In this document: positions 44,873 to 57,500 of the stretch, piece by piece
Layout: the number at the start of each line of letters is the position of its first letter
Numbering within the stretch: position 1 is the stretch's first letter
DNA from: an uncultured Pseudomonadota bacterium
GTDB taxonomy: Bacteria > Pseudomonadota > Alphaproteobacteria > Rs-D84
Assembly: GCA_949290785.1 (NCBI GenBank)
Contig: CASETE010000013.1
Coordinates: 72,361 to 136,360 of the forward strand
DNA length: 64,000 bases
Direction: 5' to 3'
Program-made: the position numbers and the translations under genes
The notes under the pieces: model-generated
What the model was told of the DNA's origin: nothing
Seen by the model: only the letters and a program-made list of their open reading frames with translations
Databases searched by the model: none

Positions 44873-45502
44873 TTATTCTTCAATGTTAGAATATTCGCAA
44901 AAGCCTTCATTTGTATCACACCGAGAAATCGTGCCTTCGCTGATGAAATATCCCTGTGGATGCAAGCATGCAGGGCATACTTTTGGCGCTTCTGTACCAA
45001 TGTGCCACATACCACAATTTGTGCAACGCCACATAACGATTTTATCTTGTTTGAATAAAGTACCGTTTTCAATCGCGTCTATTAACGCACGGAAACGAGA
45101 TTCGTGATAGCGTTCCGCATAACCAATATTCTTTAAAATAGAAGCAATTGCATCAAAACCTTCTTGCGCAGCAATCTGTGCAAATTTTGGATACATAACT
45201 GTGTTTTCTTCGTGTTCGCCGTATGCTGCTGCTTGTAAATTTTCTAAAGTAGTACCAATTTTACCGGCAGGATATGAAGCCGTTATTTCTAAATCGCCGC
45301 CTTCCAAAAACTTGAACAAACGAGATGCGTGTTCGCGTTCTTGTTCCGCAGTTTCTAAAAATATTTTAGAAATCGCTTGGTAACCTTCATCTTTCGCCTT
45401 TGAAGCAAAGAAGCTATAACGATTGCGAGCCTGAGATTCCCCGGCAAATGCAATTAACAAATTCTTTTCGGTTTGGGTACCTTTTAATGATACTGTTGCC
45501 AT
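44873..45502 (-). CDS. rbr: rubrerythrin
   Basis: ATG 45502 follows AAGGAGAA. Di-iron ferritin-like motifs (GESQARNRY, EQEREHA, EHEENTVMY, AERYHESRF) plus a C-terminal rubredoxin-like CTNCG...CPAC. Confidence 0.88.
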   Translation of the reverse strand: MATVSLKGTQTEKNLLIAFAGESQARNRYSFFASKAKDEGYQAISKIFLETAEQEREHASRLFKFLEGGDLEITASYPAGKIGTTLENLQAAAYGEHEENTVMYPKFAQIAAQEGFDAIASILKNIGYAERYHESRFRALIDAIENGTLFKQDKIVMWRCTNCGMWHIGTEAPKVCPACLHPQGYFISEGTISRCDTNEGFCEYSNIEE

Positions 45503-45590
45503 TATGTTTTCTCCTTTATATATCTGATTGTTAATTTGTGGTCTGAATGTTATCAAAAAACATTTCAAAAAGCAATTTTATTATACGAGG

Positions 45591-46619
<1,029 letters not shown>

Positions 46620-46627
46620 TTAAAAAC

Positions 46628-46657
46628 TTGCAATTTCCACAGTAAATATTATATAAT
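46628..46657 (+). promoter_or_regulatory. candidate sigma-70 promoter of ssrA
   Basis: TTGCAA (46628-46633), 18 nt, TATAAT (46652-46657). Confidence 0.5.
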
Positions 46658-46662
46658 TAGCA

Positions 46663-46985
46663 CTGTCGCGAAAGCGATGATGATTCTGAAACCGTTGCGA
46701 AATAGTCGTTTTGGACTGGGGGGCGGTACCCCACAGCTCCACCAATAAAACATATGGGGCTGACATAGTTTCGACAGGCGCAGTAAAGGCAAATCGGCTG
46801 AATCCGACGTGGCGTCGTTAAAAGCTAAATAAAAACTGAATGGCGATAGAATCGCTGCGAACGACAACGTTCGCCTTGCAATGGCTGCCTAAGATGGCTT
46901 GGATATGATTGGCAATTGTTGATTGTATCCGTTATAGCTTATTGCGGGGTCGCTGGGTGCCCGGCAACAGAAACCCAGCATATAT
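46663..46985 (+). ncRNA. ssrA: permuted (two-piece) tmRNA gene, acceptor piece then coding piece; ends approximate
   Basis: T-arm TGGGG-GGCGGTA-CCCCA then CAGCTCC-A-CCA ends at 46744. Eleven nt later GGGGCTGA...TTCGACAGG (46756-) starts the coding piece. GGGGCUG pairs with CAGCUCC, giving a G3-U wobble. Tag ORF GCT GCG AAC GAC AAC GTT CGC CTT GCA ATG GCT GCC TAA (46854-46892) encodes (A)ANDNVRLAMAA. Confidence 0.85.
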
Positions 46986-47009
46986 AAATTAAACAAAAAA
47001 GGCTAAATT

Positions 47010-47240
47010 ATGTTTGGAAAAATTAAAAAAGTATTTTTTACAAGTGTTTTCGGTTTGTTATATTTGTCTTTTGTCGCACAACTTGTTTACATTCTGGGTT
47101 GGGTACCGGGCGCAGGTAACAAATTGTTATACCTAGGCTTTTTATCATTAGAATGGTTCATATTGATTGCGGCGCGTTATTTATCAAAACGTTCCAGCAA
47201 TAACGCCCAATACAGCAATTATAACGCGCGTCGCCGGTAA
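47010..47240 (+). CDS. small two-span membrane protein
   Basis: 76-aa ORF with two hydrophobic spans, followed by a terminator. Confidence 0.4.
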   Translation: MFGKIKKVFFTSVFGLLYLSFVAQLVYILGWVPGAGNKLLYLGFLSLEWFILIAARYLSKRSSNNAQYSNYNARRR

Positions 47241-47260
47241 TTGTTGCAAAGACATATTAT

Positions 47261-47287
47261 AAAGTCCTTGTTACCAAGGGCTTTTTT
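47261..47287 (+). terminator. intrinsic terminator
   Basis: AAAGTCCTTG-TTAC-CAAGGGCTTT hairpin followed by a T-run. Confidence 0.65.
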
Positions 47288-47331
47288 ATTACTCTTGAAA
47301 AATTATAAAAATAACTTATATTTAAATAGCT

Positions 47332-49089
47332 ATGAAACAATATATTTTACCTTTTCGTGATTTGGTCGTACACCCTGGTCTGACTGTGCCGGTGTATATT
47401 GATAACCCAATGTCTGTTGCCTGCATAGAAAGCGCGTCTGTGGTCGGGCAAAAGTTGGTTTTGACGCCACAACATAGTTGGGCATATCCGACGTCTGCCG
47501 ATGATATATATAAAGTCGGCACAATCGGCAACGTTACGCATGTATTACGTATGCCGGATGGCGCGCTACACGTAATTCTTAAAACAACAGACGCCGTTAA
47601 ATTAAGCGATATCAGCGTTAACAACGGTTTATTCAGTGCAAACGTAACTCCTATTAGATTTTTTAATGATGACAAAAGCGAACAAACGCTTGCTTTACGT
47701 GATAAGGTCGCTGAAAACCTGCAGTTATTATCAGTCGCCAGGAAATTTAAACTTGATAAATTACGTTCAATAATACAAGGATATCCATTGCCTGCCTTTA
47801 TAGACTATGTAATGCAAACAACTGGCATGGATACAGATGATGCTGTCAAGGTTTTGATAACTACTTCTTGGCGAAAAAAATTAATGATATTGCTGGAACA
47901 AATAACTTTGATGGCAGAAACCGCAAAGATAGAAGATTCTATCAATAAAAGAATTCATCAACAAATGGAAAACGGTCGTCGCGAGGCCATATTACAAGAA
48001 AAAATGCGCGCGATACAGCGTGAAATGGGCGAAGATAGCGAAGAGATGGATACAGAAAACATGCGAAAGCGCATTGTTAACTCTGCAATGCCCGCCGAGG
48101 CCAAAGAAAAAGCGTTGTCAGAATGGAAACGTATGCGCAGTATGTCGCCAATGTCAAACGAAGGCGGTCTGTTAAAAACATATTTAGACGAGTTGTTGTC
48201 TATGCCGTGGGGCAAATCTGACAAAAACAAAATAGACTTAAAAACTGCACGCAACGTTTTAGACTCGCAACATTCTGGTATGCAAGGCGTAAAAGAAAGA
48301 ATTTTAGAACATATCGCCGTAATGAAAAAAACAGGCGGCAACCAGGGCAGTATTTTATGTTTTGTTGGTGCACCTGGCGTTGGGAAAACTTCGTTATGCA
48401 AATCTATTGCGGATGCCTTGGGACGTAAGTATCAGCGAATTTCACTGGGTGGCATTTCTGATGAGGCGCATTTCCGCGGTCACAGAAAAACGTATATAGG
48501 CGCACAAACCGGACGTATAATGGACTCATTAAAACGGTGCAAGTCAAACAACCCTGTAATTGTTTTAGATGAAATAGATAAAATGGGGCGTGATTGGCGT
48601 GGCGACCCAGAATCCGCATTGTTGGAAATTCTGGACCCGGAACAAAACAAATCTTTCCGCGACCATTATTTAGAGGTAGATTTTGATTTGTCTAATGTGT
48701 TATTCATAGCAACTGCAAATAGTTTGAATATGTCCAACGCATTAAAAGACCGTATGGAAATCATAGAAATTCCGGGATACAACGAAGATGAAAAAGTGCA
48801 GATTGCGCGCGAACATTTGATTGCGCGTGCCGCCAGGGATACAGGATGGAATCCTAAAAACATCACGTTGGGCGACAATGCAATAAGGCACATCATTCGT
48901 AACTACACAAACGAAGAAGGAGTGCGTGAATTACAGCGTGAAATTACTGCGATTTTGCGTCGCTCGTTATTAGAGCATGATGGAGAAGATGTAAAAACTA
49001 ACTTTACACCTAAAAAGATAGACGAATTATTGTCTGCCAGAAAACCCGCAGGATTTTCAAAACGCATAGGGTTCGGCGTCAGAGTTTAA
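47332..49089 (+). CDS. Lon-like AAA+ ATPase lacking the C-terminal S16 protease domain
   Basis: Lon N-domain (LPFRDLVVHPGLTVPVYI). Walker A GAPGVGKTS, Walker B VIVLDEIDK, LDRMEIIEIPGY, EEGVRELQREI. Stops at aa 585 (RIGFGVRV*), and tsaB begins 19 nt later. Confidence 0.8.
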   Translation: MKQYILPFRDLVVHPGLTVPVYIDNPMSVACIESASVVGQKLVLTPQHSWAYPTSADDIYKVGTIGNVTHVLRMPDGALHVILKTTDAVKLSDISVNNGLFSANVTPIRFFNDDKSEQTLALRDKVAENLQLLSVARKFKLDKLRSIIQGYPLPAFIDYVMQTTGMDTDDAVKVLITTSWRKKLMILLEQITLMAETAKIEDSINKRIHQQMENGRREAILQEKMRAIQREMGEDSEEMDTENMRKRIVNSAMPAEAKEKALSEWKRMRSMSPMSNEGGLLKTYLDELLSMPWGKSDKNKIDLKTARNVLDSQHSGMQGVKERILEHIAVMKKTGGNQGSILCFVGAPGVGKTSLCKSIADALGRKYQRISLGGISDEAHFRGHRKTYIGAQTGRIMDSLKRCKSNNPVIVLDEIDKMGRDWRGDPESALLEILDPEQNKSFRDHYLEVDFDLSNVLFIATANSLNMSNALKDRMEIIEIPGYNEDEKVQIAREHLIARAARDTGWNPKNITLGDNAIRHIIRNYTNEEGVRELQREITAILRRSLLEHDGEDVKTNFTPKKIDELLSARKPAGFSKRIGFGVRV

Positions 49090-49107
49090 ACTCAACAGGA
49101 ATACAAA

Positions 49108-49659
49108 ATGATTTTTATAATTAATACTTCGGGAAAAGATTTAGAATTTGTGCTGGGGAATAAATATAAAAAGATAGAAACTGATAAACAGTCTTTGTCT
49201 TTACCGATTGCAGCAGAAAATTTCTTGACTGAAACCGGCGTAACCTGGTCTGACTTGTCTGCGATTGGGGTTGTTGTTGGACCCGGCAGTTTTACAGGTA
49301 TAAGACTTGGTATCGCATATGCCAAGGGTTTGGGTATGGGACTTGATATACCTGTTGTTCCTATAAATGCTTTTGAAATATACTTGGCAGAATACCCAGA
49401 TGCGTTTGTTGCAATAGATTCTGGACGTGGCGATTTCTTCGTTGCCGCAAATGGACTGGAACCTTGTACAATGACAATAGATGAAATAGAAACAAAACAA
49501 ATGCAGTGGGCAAGAACTGTCGGCCACAAACCTTTTAATTTAATAGACGCCCTGCCAGTGGTTCAAAAAAAATTAGATTCTGGCAACTTGGCACCCGTCG
49601 TTCCTATGTATTTACGTCCCAGTTACGCAGAAAAAAGTGTTCAATGTACAAAGAACTAG
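49108..49659 (+). CDS. tsaB: tRNA threonylcarbamoyladenosine biosynthesis protein TsaB
   Basis: VVVGPGSFTGIRLGIAYAKG. Confidence 0.85.
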   Translation: MIFIINTSGKDLEFVLGNKYKKIETDKQSLSLPIAAENFLTETGVTWSDLSAIGVVVGPGSFTGIRLGIAYAKGLGMGLDIPVVPINAFEIYLAEYPDAFVAIDSGRGDFFVAANGLEPCTMTIDEIETKQMQWARTVGHKPFNLIDALPVVQKKLDSGNLAPVVPMYLRPSYAEKSVQCTKN

Positions 49660-50030
49660 AAAATCTTCATAAACTTTGTTTCCCGCATAAGCCTTGGTCT
49701 GCATCGGATTTTGCGGAATTAAAACAGTCTGGATGCGATATAATTGCCAGTCAACATGGATTCGTTGTATGGCGCGTTGTTGCAGACGAAGCAGAAATTA
49801 TTACTATTGGCGTACACCCAGATGCTAGAAAATCTGGAATTGCCAGTGCTATGTTGACCTTGGTTGAAAACGACGTAATGAAACGGGGGGGCAAGAAACT
49901 TTTCTTGGAAGTTGCGGAAAATAATATTGCCGCTATAAAATTATACACAACAAACGGCTTTAAACAAATTGGCGTCAGACCAAAATATTATGACGGCATT
50001 GATGCTTTGTTAATGGAAAAATCTTTATAG
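49644..50030 (+). CDS. rimI: ribosomal-protein-alanine N-acetyltransferase (GNAT)
   Basis: Overlaps the tsaB end. GVHPDARKSGIASAML acetyl-CoA motif, NNIAAIKLYTTNGF. Confidence 0.8.
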   Translation: MYKELENLHKLCFPHKPWSASDFAELKQSGCDIIASQHGFVVWRVVADEAEIITIGVHPDARKSGIASAMLTLVENDVMKRGGKKLFLEVAENNIAAIKLYTTNGFKQIGVRPKYYDGIDALLMEKSL

Positions 50031-50034
50031 TCTG

Positions 50035-51327
50035 TTAACCGTTTACAAATTCAATCACACGATTATCAAAAATTATGTCTCTTGCTTGTAAGGGTGAAGA
50101 CACATGTATGTCGCCAGCGTTACGCGTCCGAGAAAGCGCAACATACGTCTGACCATGGGCAAACGCACCGCGAGAAATGTCTACGACAACGGCATCCAGT
50201 GTTTTACCTTGGGCCTTGTGTATGGTCATTGCATACCCCAGATTTAACGGGAATTGCTTAAAACTGCCGACTTCGTTTTCTTGCAGTCTGTCATTTTCAT
50301 CACGGACATATTCTATTTTAACCCATTTTTCTGGTTTGACCGTTACTATATCATGATTCGTATTCAGAAGTTCTACCTGTATATCTTTTGCGCCAAGGTA
50401 TTTGACTATCCCCATAGAGCCGTTATGCCATTTGTCTCCGTTTTTAACAAAGACAACTAACGCACCGACTTTCAAACTTAAACTCATAGGTGCAGGCACA
50501 TCACGTTCTTGGAAAGTACCGGACAATTCCCCATTATACACCACCGTCGGCGCAGGTATTTCAGCAAGACGATTGCTATTAACTCTTTCCGCAACTGCCC
50601 GAAAAGGCGTTATTAACACAGCATTACTTCTTCGCTCTAAATCTTCTATTTTGCAGTTGTTGAAAAAACTTAACGCAGACAAATCGTTGCTTCGTAACCT
50701 AGATAAACTTTCCAATAAACATGTATCGTTTTGGCGGTATACAAAATCAAAATCATACCTTAAAAAATTTGCACGTTTGTAAACATTGCTATCAAAAAAA
50801 TACGCGTTTGAATGTTCGTATGCTTGCTGATAATAATCCATCGCATCTCGTGTGATAACCGGAGGCAGTTGAAACAAGTCGCCTATGGCAACAACCTGTA
50901 AGCCGCCGAAAGGCTCGTTATTATGACGCGCCATGCGTGCAAGAATATCTATTGCGTCTAATAAATCAGGGGCCACCATAGATATTTCGTCAATAACAAG
51001 TACGTCGGTCGCGTTTAAAATGTTACGCGGTTTAGCCTTTAACTTTAACAATTCAGGCATTATAAAATCACGCGGCTGAATCTGAAATAAAGAATGAATC
51101 GTTTGTCCGCCAACGTTCAGCGCTGATACTGCTGTCGGACATGCGCAAACTATTCTTTTCTTTGACGCCGACTTTAAATAATTTACAAAAGTTGATTTTC
51201 CGGTTCCCGCCTGCCCTAGAATTAACAAATTAGAATTTGTGCGTTCAATACAATTAAACGCTTGTTTTTGCACGTCGTTTAAAATAGATACTAATTCTGA
51301 CATATGTTTATATATTGTCATAAGCAA
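50035..51327 (-). CDS. Pif1/RecD-like superfamily-1 DNA helicase
   Basis: GQAGTGKSTF, VIDEISMV, FGGLQVVAIGDLFQLPPV, AMTIHKAQGKT, YVALSRTR. Confidence 0.8.
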   Translation of the reverse strand: MLMTIYKHMSELVSILNDVQKQAFNCIERTNSNLLILGQAGTGKSTFVNYLKSASKKRIVCACPTAVSALNVGGQTIHSLFQIQPRDFIMPELLKLKAKPRNILNATDVLVIDEISMVAPDLLDAIDILARMARHNNEPFGGLQVVAIGDLFQLPPVITRDAMDYYQQAYEHSNAYFFDSNVYKRANFLRYDFDFVYRQNDTCLLESLSRLRSNDLSALSFFNNCKIEDLERRSNAVLITPFRAVAERVNSNRLAEIPAPTVVYNGELSGTFQERDVPAPMSLSLKVGALVVFVKNGDKWHNGSMGIVKYLGAKDIQVELLNTNHDIVTVKPEKWVKIEYVRDENDRLQENEVGSFKQFPLNLGYAMTIHKAQGKTLDAVVVDISRGAFAHGQTYVALSRTRNAGDIHVSSPLQARDIIFDNRVIEFVNG

Positions 51328-51358
51328 AAATAAAAATAAAGAATATAATAAAAATCAC

Positions 51359-51387
51359 TTGCATATAATTTTAAAAATATATATAAT
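51359..51387 (+). promoter_or_regulatory. candidate sigma-70 promoter of tRNA-Met
   Basis: TTGCAT (51359-51364), 17 nt, TATAAT (51382-51387). Confidence 0.5.
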
Positions 51388-51396
51388 ACCCGCCGT

Positions 51397-51473
51397 GGGT
51401 TAGTAGCTCAGTTGGTTAGAGCGGAGCGCTCATAACGCTTTGGTCGTGGGTTCAAGTCCTACCTAACCCACCA
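51397..51473 (+). tRNA. tRNA with CAU anticodon (elongator Met or lysidine-modified Ile2; not distinguishable by eye)
   Basis: GGGTTAGTAGCTCAGTTGGTTAGAGC...GAGCG-CTCATAA-CGCTT...GGGTTCAAGTCC...CTAACCCACCA. Confidence 0.88.
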
Positions 51474-51486
51474 CTTATAAAAACAT

Positions 51487-51512
51487 TCACGCAATTTGCG
51501 TGATTTTTTTTT
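51487..51512 (+). terminator. intrinsic terminator after the tRNA
   Basis: TCACGCA-ATT-TGCGTGA hairpin followed by T9. Confidence 0.75.
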
Positions 51513-51541
51513 GTTAATTTTAGTCTCGGACATTTTTTCTC

Positions 51542-51571
51542 TTGCACTGGGTAGGCGTTTTTTTCTAAGAT
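51542..51571 (+). promoter_or_regulatory. candidate promoter of the giant Cys-rich gene
   Basis: TTGCAC (51542-51547), 18 nt, TAAGAT (51566-51571). RBS AGAGAGGAAG precedes ATG 51594. Confidence 0.3.
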
Positions 51572-51593
51572 AATATACAAAAGAGAGGAAGAA

Positions 51594-54500
51594 ATGGAGA
51601 AAATCCGCAGTTTTCTTGGCGTTTTAGTGTCATTATTTGTTATTTCTATACCCGGCAAAGTGTTGGCCGCAGACGTTTACGTTTGTAATGAGTTGATAGA
51701 ATATGTAGAATGTAACGCAAATTTTTATTTGGCTGGTAACACTTGCGAAGCATGCCCATCTGGTCAATACAACTTTGGTAATGGTAATTCTCAAAATTGG
51801 CAATCTACGACCCCAGACGCGAACTCCAACGCGGCTTGTGAATGTCCAGAATTCTGGGCGGCTCAAGGCGGCGGAACCCAAGTTATATATGGTGAAGTGT
51901 GCGTTCCACAAACCATAGAATGTAAGCCGGGTGAATACTTTGATACAGGAACAAAAAAATGCACGATTTGTCCTGCTGGCTATTATTGCCCTGGCGGCGA
52001 AATACAGCCCGCAAACGTTACTTTAAATGGCGGCAAAATAAACTGTCCAAAAGGTTATCCTTACTCCGAAACGGGCGCAAAAGCCATTACGGAATGCTAT
52101 CGCGGCGAAACAGAGGTAAAATGGACCGGCGTTCAAAAAGAATGTAAATTACCAGAAAATTGTGCGTCTGTAAAATGCGAAGAATGCTCTTTGCCCAACT
52201 GCAAATTCAAAATATATTGTAATGCTGACGGCCTAACGGATGCACCTTTGCCGCCATGCGACGAACCCTGCGAGCAAAAAATTGTTTATCTTGAAGCTAA
52301 TCCGGGGGCTTATACTGTTGGAACAGAGGGTTGTAAAATGTGCCCTGAAAAATATCAAGATGGACCAGGCGTAACAAGCGAAGCCGATTGTATATATTAT
52401 GAAACAAAATATGGTAAACAGTTAGATCCAGCATTGCCAAGCGGGTGTACCGATATGAAGTTGGGTACTTGTACACCAAAAACATGTCAAGTCGTGCATA
52501 CATACGGCGGTGAAACAACGCCCTGCACTCCACAAGACTGTACAAAACCAATAACCAGCGTGACAGCGGCTGAAAATAATTATGCTTCCGGTACTTCTTG
52601 TATTGCTTGCGAAGCAGGATATACCGCCCCCGCTGGTGCAACAGATCCAAAAGAATGTACCAAACAATGTTCGGTTAAATGTACAAAACCAACTTGCCCA
52701 GAAAACAGTGAAAACTGCGAAATCACAGAATCTTTCATAGTTGGTAAAGAAAACCAAGTTGATAAGGTATGCGATGCGGTGCCGCAGGTCTGTGAAATGA
52801 CATTTTCTTGTAAAAAAGGATATAAAGAATATGAAGGGCAATGTATACCAGAAACTTATACCGTATCATATAATTGCGGTACAGGCGGTGGCGTAGCACC
52901 TGGTGGTTCTTCACAGCAATATGGCGGTCAATATCAAATCGCTGCAAATACATGTACTAAACCAGGATTTAATTTCGTTGGCTGGGGTGATGGCACAAGC
53001 GTTCAACAACCAGGAAAAATTACATGGAATTATACTTCTGACATAACGTTTACTGCACAGTGGGAACCTTGTCCGAACGATCCTAGTGCTGTCGGCACAT
53101 GTGGTTGTGCAGAAAAACAATATCCAAACGGTAATGGGTGTTCTGACTGCGTTGTCTCTTGTCAAAGCGAGGCAGAATTCAATCAAGGCAGTTATAATGT
53201 ATGTAATTCAGAAACAACAAGCCGTTGTTACAGAAATTGTACTACATCAGACGTTTCGCACTCTTCCGCTGTAACAGGAACAATTACAAAAGGCGGAACG
53301 AACACCTGTAAGGCAAGTGCTTGTTTGGCGAATTATTTCTTGGATAACGGTCAATGCATGGCTTGTGTAGAAAACGCTACTTGTCCAGGCGGAACGGAAT
53401 CATTTAAATGTAATACCGGATATCACACTTCCGCTGACGGCGACAGTTGCGAACCAGACGAATATAAAATAACTCTGAACAAAAATGGTGGTACGGGCGA
53501 CATTAATGGATATACCGGTACAACAGACGCGGTACAGACTTGCCAATACGGTGTACTGTGCTATCTGCCGACCGAAGGTCTAACAAGAACAGGATATGAA
53601 TTTACCGGCTGGGGCGACAATGCAGGTTGTACAAGCGGTGTATTACAAGACACATTTACATCCAGCAAAACCTTATATGCTTGCTGGTCTCAACAAACAA
53701 CCCAATGTCAAGCGGGCAAATATTATGACGGTGAAAACCACATAGAATGTCCTTCTGGTAAATTCTGCCCGGGCACTGGCTCTGCAAACATTGGTCAACC
53801 GGGTTGCGCGTCCGATTGTCCGATAGGCTATGACGGTTCAACACCTGGCGCAAGTGCAGCCACTGCCTGTTACAAAAACTGTGGGGGCAAATCTATTACA
53901 GGCGGTACGGCAACGGTTGTAGCGCCAAAGGTATTCTATAACGGTTCATCATATCCAGCATGTACATATAATGTTACATGTAACGAAGGATATGTGGCTG
54001 CTGGTCAAGGAACCGCAGGCGCAACCTGTACGAAGTGTCAAGATGGAGAATACTGCCCTGGCGGCTCTGGTGAAAGCCCAGAGGATTGCCCAGCAGGCTC
54101 GTATTGCGAGGAAGGCATTAAAAAAGATTGCCCTGTTGGCGGTACGTCACAATCAGGTGCCGGTTCCATTAACGAATGCTATAAGGTATGTCCGCCTACC
54201 CTAGAAATTGCAAACGGTCAGGGCGTATCAACAGGGAACCAGTATTATGACGGTTCTGTATATCCAGAATGCTTGTTTAACGCGAATTGCGATGAAAATT
54301 ATGTCGCGATAAACAGCCCAAGCACGAATCCTGCGTGTATATGGGGCGACCCAGGCGACTGTCCTGTTGGGTTCTATTGCCCAGAAGACGGCAGTGGTCC
54401 TATTCCGTGCCCAGACGGTGGTACATCATTGGCGGGTTCAACAGCAGTTACACAATGCTATAAAATATTTGACCCGTATTCAGAGTTTCAAAATGGCGTT

Positions 54501-57500
54501 GCTTCTGCGAAATGTTACTATATAGAACAAACATCAAAATATGAAAGATGCAGCATTCTGGAAGTACAAAGTTGTAAAGCAGGCTATTGGTATGCAACGC
54601 CAAACGCATTCTTGTGCAGCGGTACGGAAAGTGGTTATTACAGCCCTGAAAACGATATAATACAAACGGCTTGTCCGACAGACCCAAGTGGCGGCGCTGT
54701 TGAATCATCAGAATACGCAGACAGTTATACAGACTGTTATAAAACATGCACCATAGAGGTTCCAAATTCTACATCCGTTGCGGCTGAAAACAATACCGTT
54801 TATGGAATTAGCGCTGATGCTTATGCGGCCTGCTCTTTTGCGGTTACGTGTAAAACAGGTTATACCGTCGTTGCAAATAATACAGAAGCACCTTCTTGTA
54901 AAGCAAATGAATATACGGTTATACTTGACAAGAACGGCGGCAGCGGTTCCGTCCCTGCAAGCGTAACGTGCACTTTTGATAGCGGCAGTTGCGAATTACC
55001 GTCAACAACTGGTTTAACGAAATCGGGTTATACAGTTGTTAACAGATGGTGCTCTGATGTAAATGGCGGGACACCTTGTTACACGGCAGGTTCAACGGTT
55101 TCTACTAACATATCTGCAACGGGTCAAAACACAACTTTGTATGCGGTATGGACGCCCAATGTATATGCCATACAACTTGACCACCAAAATGCTGATGTCA
55201 CAGGCACGCCAAATACAGCGTATTTAAAGTACGCAACAGGTTGGTTTAGCGACGCATCCGCGGCTTCGCCGTTAACGAATATGACGCGTATACCAACCAA
55301 GACAGGTTATGAGTTTGCCGGTTATTACAGTGCCGTCTCTGGTGGTACACAGGTGATAAACGCCACTGGTTTATTCCAAACGGCAACAAATGCACTGACG
55401 TTTACTGTGGCACCTGCCACAATCTATGCCAGATGGGCAGCGGGCACGACAACTTGTGATGCAGGCTCTTATTACCCAGGAACGGGCACTTTGTGTTCTG
55501 TCTGCACTGAAAACAATTATTGCCCGGGCGGCAGTTTCGCAACCGACAGCGGTCAAGCCGAAGGTTTACATGCTTGCCCAAGCAATGGTACCTCACCAAG
55601 CGGTGCCGCAAGCGTCAACGAATGTTATAAAACAGACTTAAATTATACTGCGACGCACGGCTCAGGAACGCAAACTTGTTATTACAATCCGACAGAATTT
55701 GATTATACGTCTGCATGTCAGGATAAAAAAATAACGCTTTGCCATGCTGGATATTATTTAGCAGAAACGTCGGACACAGACTGTAGCGCAGTTGGTATCG
55801 GGTATTACAGTCAAGGTACGGGCACTGTACGTACACAATGTCCAAATAACGGTCTGACGGAATCTGATACTTCCACAATGATTCAAGACTGTTATAAAGA
55901 CGGTGTACCGTATACAGCGGTCTATGGTTCCGGCACACAAAGATGCTTCTATTCAAGCGGCGTTGGGGCAAGTGCTGTTTATCAACGCGACTGTGACACA
56001 AAAGTTATTAACAGTTGCTGGGGTGGATATTGGCTTGAAAATCCGTACGATACAGACTGCGTTCCTGTAGGTAAAAATTATTATAGTAACACAGGGGACA
56101 CAGAACGCTTTGCGTGTCCAAGTAACGGAAAAACAGAAAGCAATACCGCAGAAGAAATTAAACAGTGTTACAAAGATGGGCTGCCATATACCGCGGCACA
56201 GCATGGAACAGGTGAATACTTGTGTTATTACACCAGCGGTACAGGTGACAGCGCAATATATGCTTCTAGTTGCGAAACACCGACAATGACCAGTTGTGAC
56301 GCAGGATACTACTATAATAAAGTACAAAAAGAAGATGACTGTATCGCTGTCGGAATTGGTTATTACAGCCCCGACATTGAAACGTCTCGCTCACAGTGTC
56401 CAGACAACGGCTTGACAGAGACAACAACCAGTGCGGCGATAACAGACTGCTATAAGACAGGTTTGTCATGTACTATAACCAACGGTCAAGGTACCCAAAC
56501 ATGTAATTATAACCCAGGTTCAAGTAATTATTCGGGTTCTTGCCGGCCGTGCGTTGTAACACAATGCGACGAAGGGTTCTCGTTGGTTGACAACACCTGC
56601 ATAACTTGCCCTGCCGGCAGTGTATGCTACGACGGAAAACAACAAACTTGTTCAGAACTGACCGGCGGTCAATATACAGAATCTGACCCAGGCACAACCG
56701 ATGTAGCAAAATGTTACAAAAACTGTACTGTGGCAGAAAATGCAGTATCTATGTCAGGACGCGATTACTATACTGCACCAGACACTTGCTCTATAGACAA
56801 ATGTATATCAGGTTATGTATTAGACAATAACAGCTGTACACAATGTCCGTCTGGTAGTTATTGCGATGGAATGTCTGAAAATGCTTGTACCGGTTTAGGT
56901 GACGGATCTTGGGCGAATTCTTTGCCTGGCGCAAGTGATGCAAATAGTTGCTATAAAACTTGTGAAACTCGCCCTGTAATTAACGGTACCGCGATACCAA
57001 TCAAAGACACTGTATTCTATCCAGAAGAATGTGAGTTCCGTGGCGAGTCAGATTCCGGAAATCCATGCGAAATTATAGATGGTGTATGTGTAGAATCGTC
57101 GTGCAGCCCGGATCAGGAAATGAAAAACGGGGCATGTGTACCTTGCGATCGTGAAAATGCGCTGTCTTATAAGCCAACAGGTAATTGTCAGGTTGCATCT
57201 TGCATATACGGATATCATCCGCGTGGCGATATGTGCGAATATGATATAAAAGAATGCAATATACCAAACGCTGTGTATGCAGAACAAAAGTGGGATAATA
57301 AATTACAAGCCTTTGGACCTTGCAAAATATTGGAATGCGACGACAGATATCATTTGGCGTCTAATGCATGTGTATCTAACATTCAGCAATGTAATGTAAA
57401 TAACGGCGTTGGATTTAAAGAATGGGATTCTGCTAAGAATACTTGGGGCAAATGCGTGGCAAATGAATGTGACCCAGGTTATACCAGCGACCCATCTGAA

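Noticed and set aside
46649-46867. 72-aa minus-strand ORF between obg and the small membrane protein
   Set aside because: It lies entirely inside the tmRNA gene, which explains the conservation-like structure of the region.
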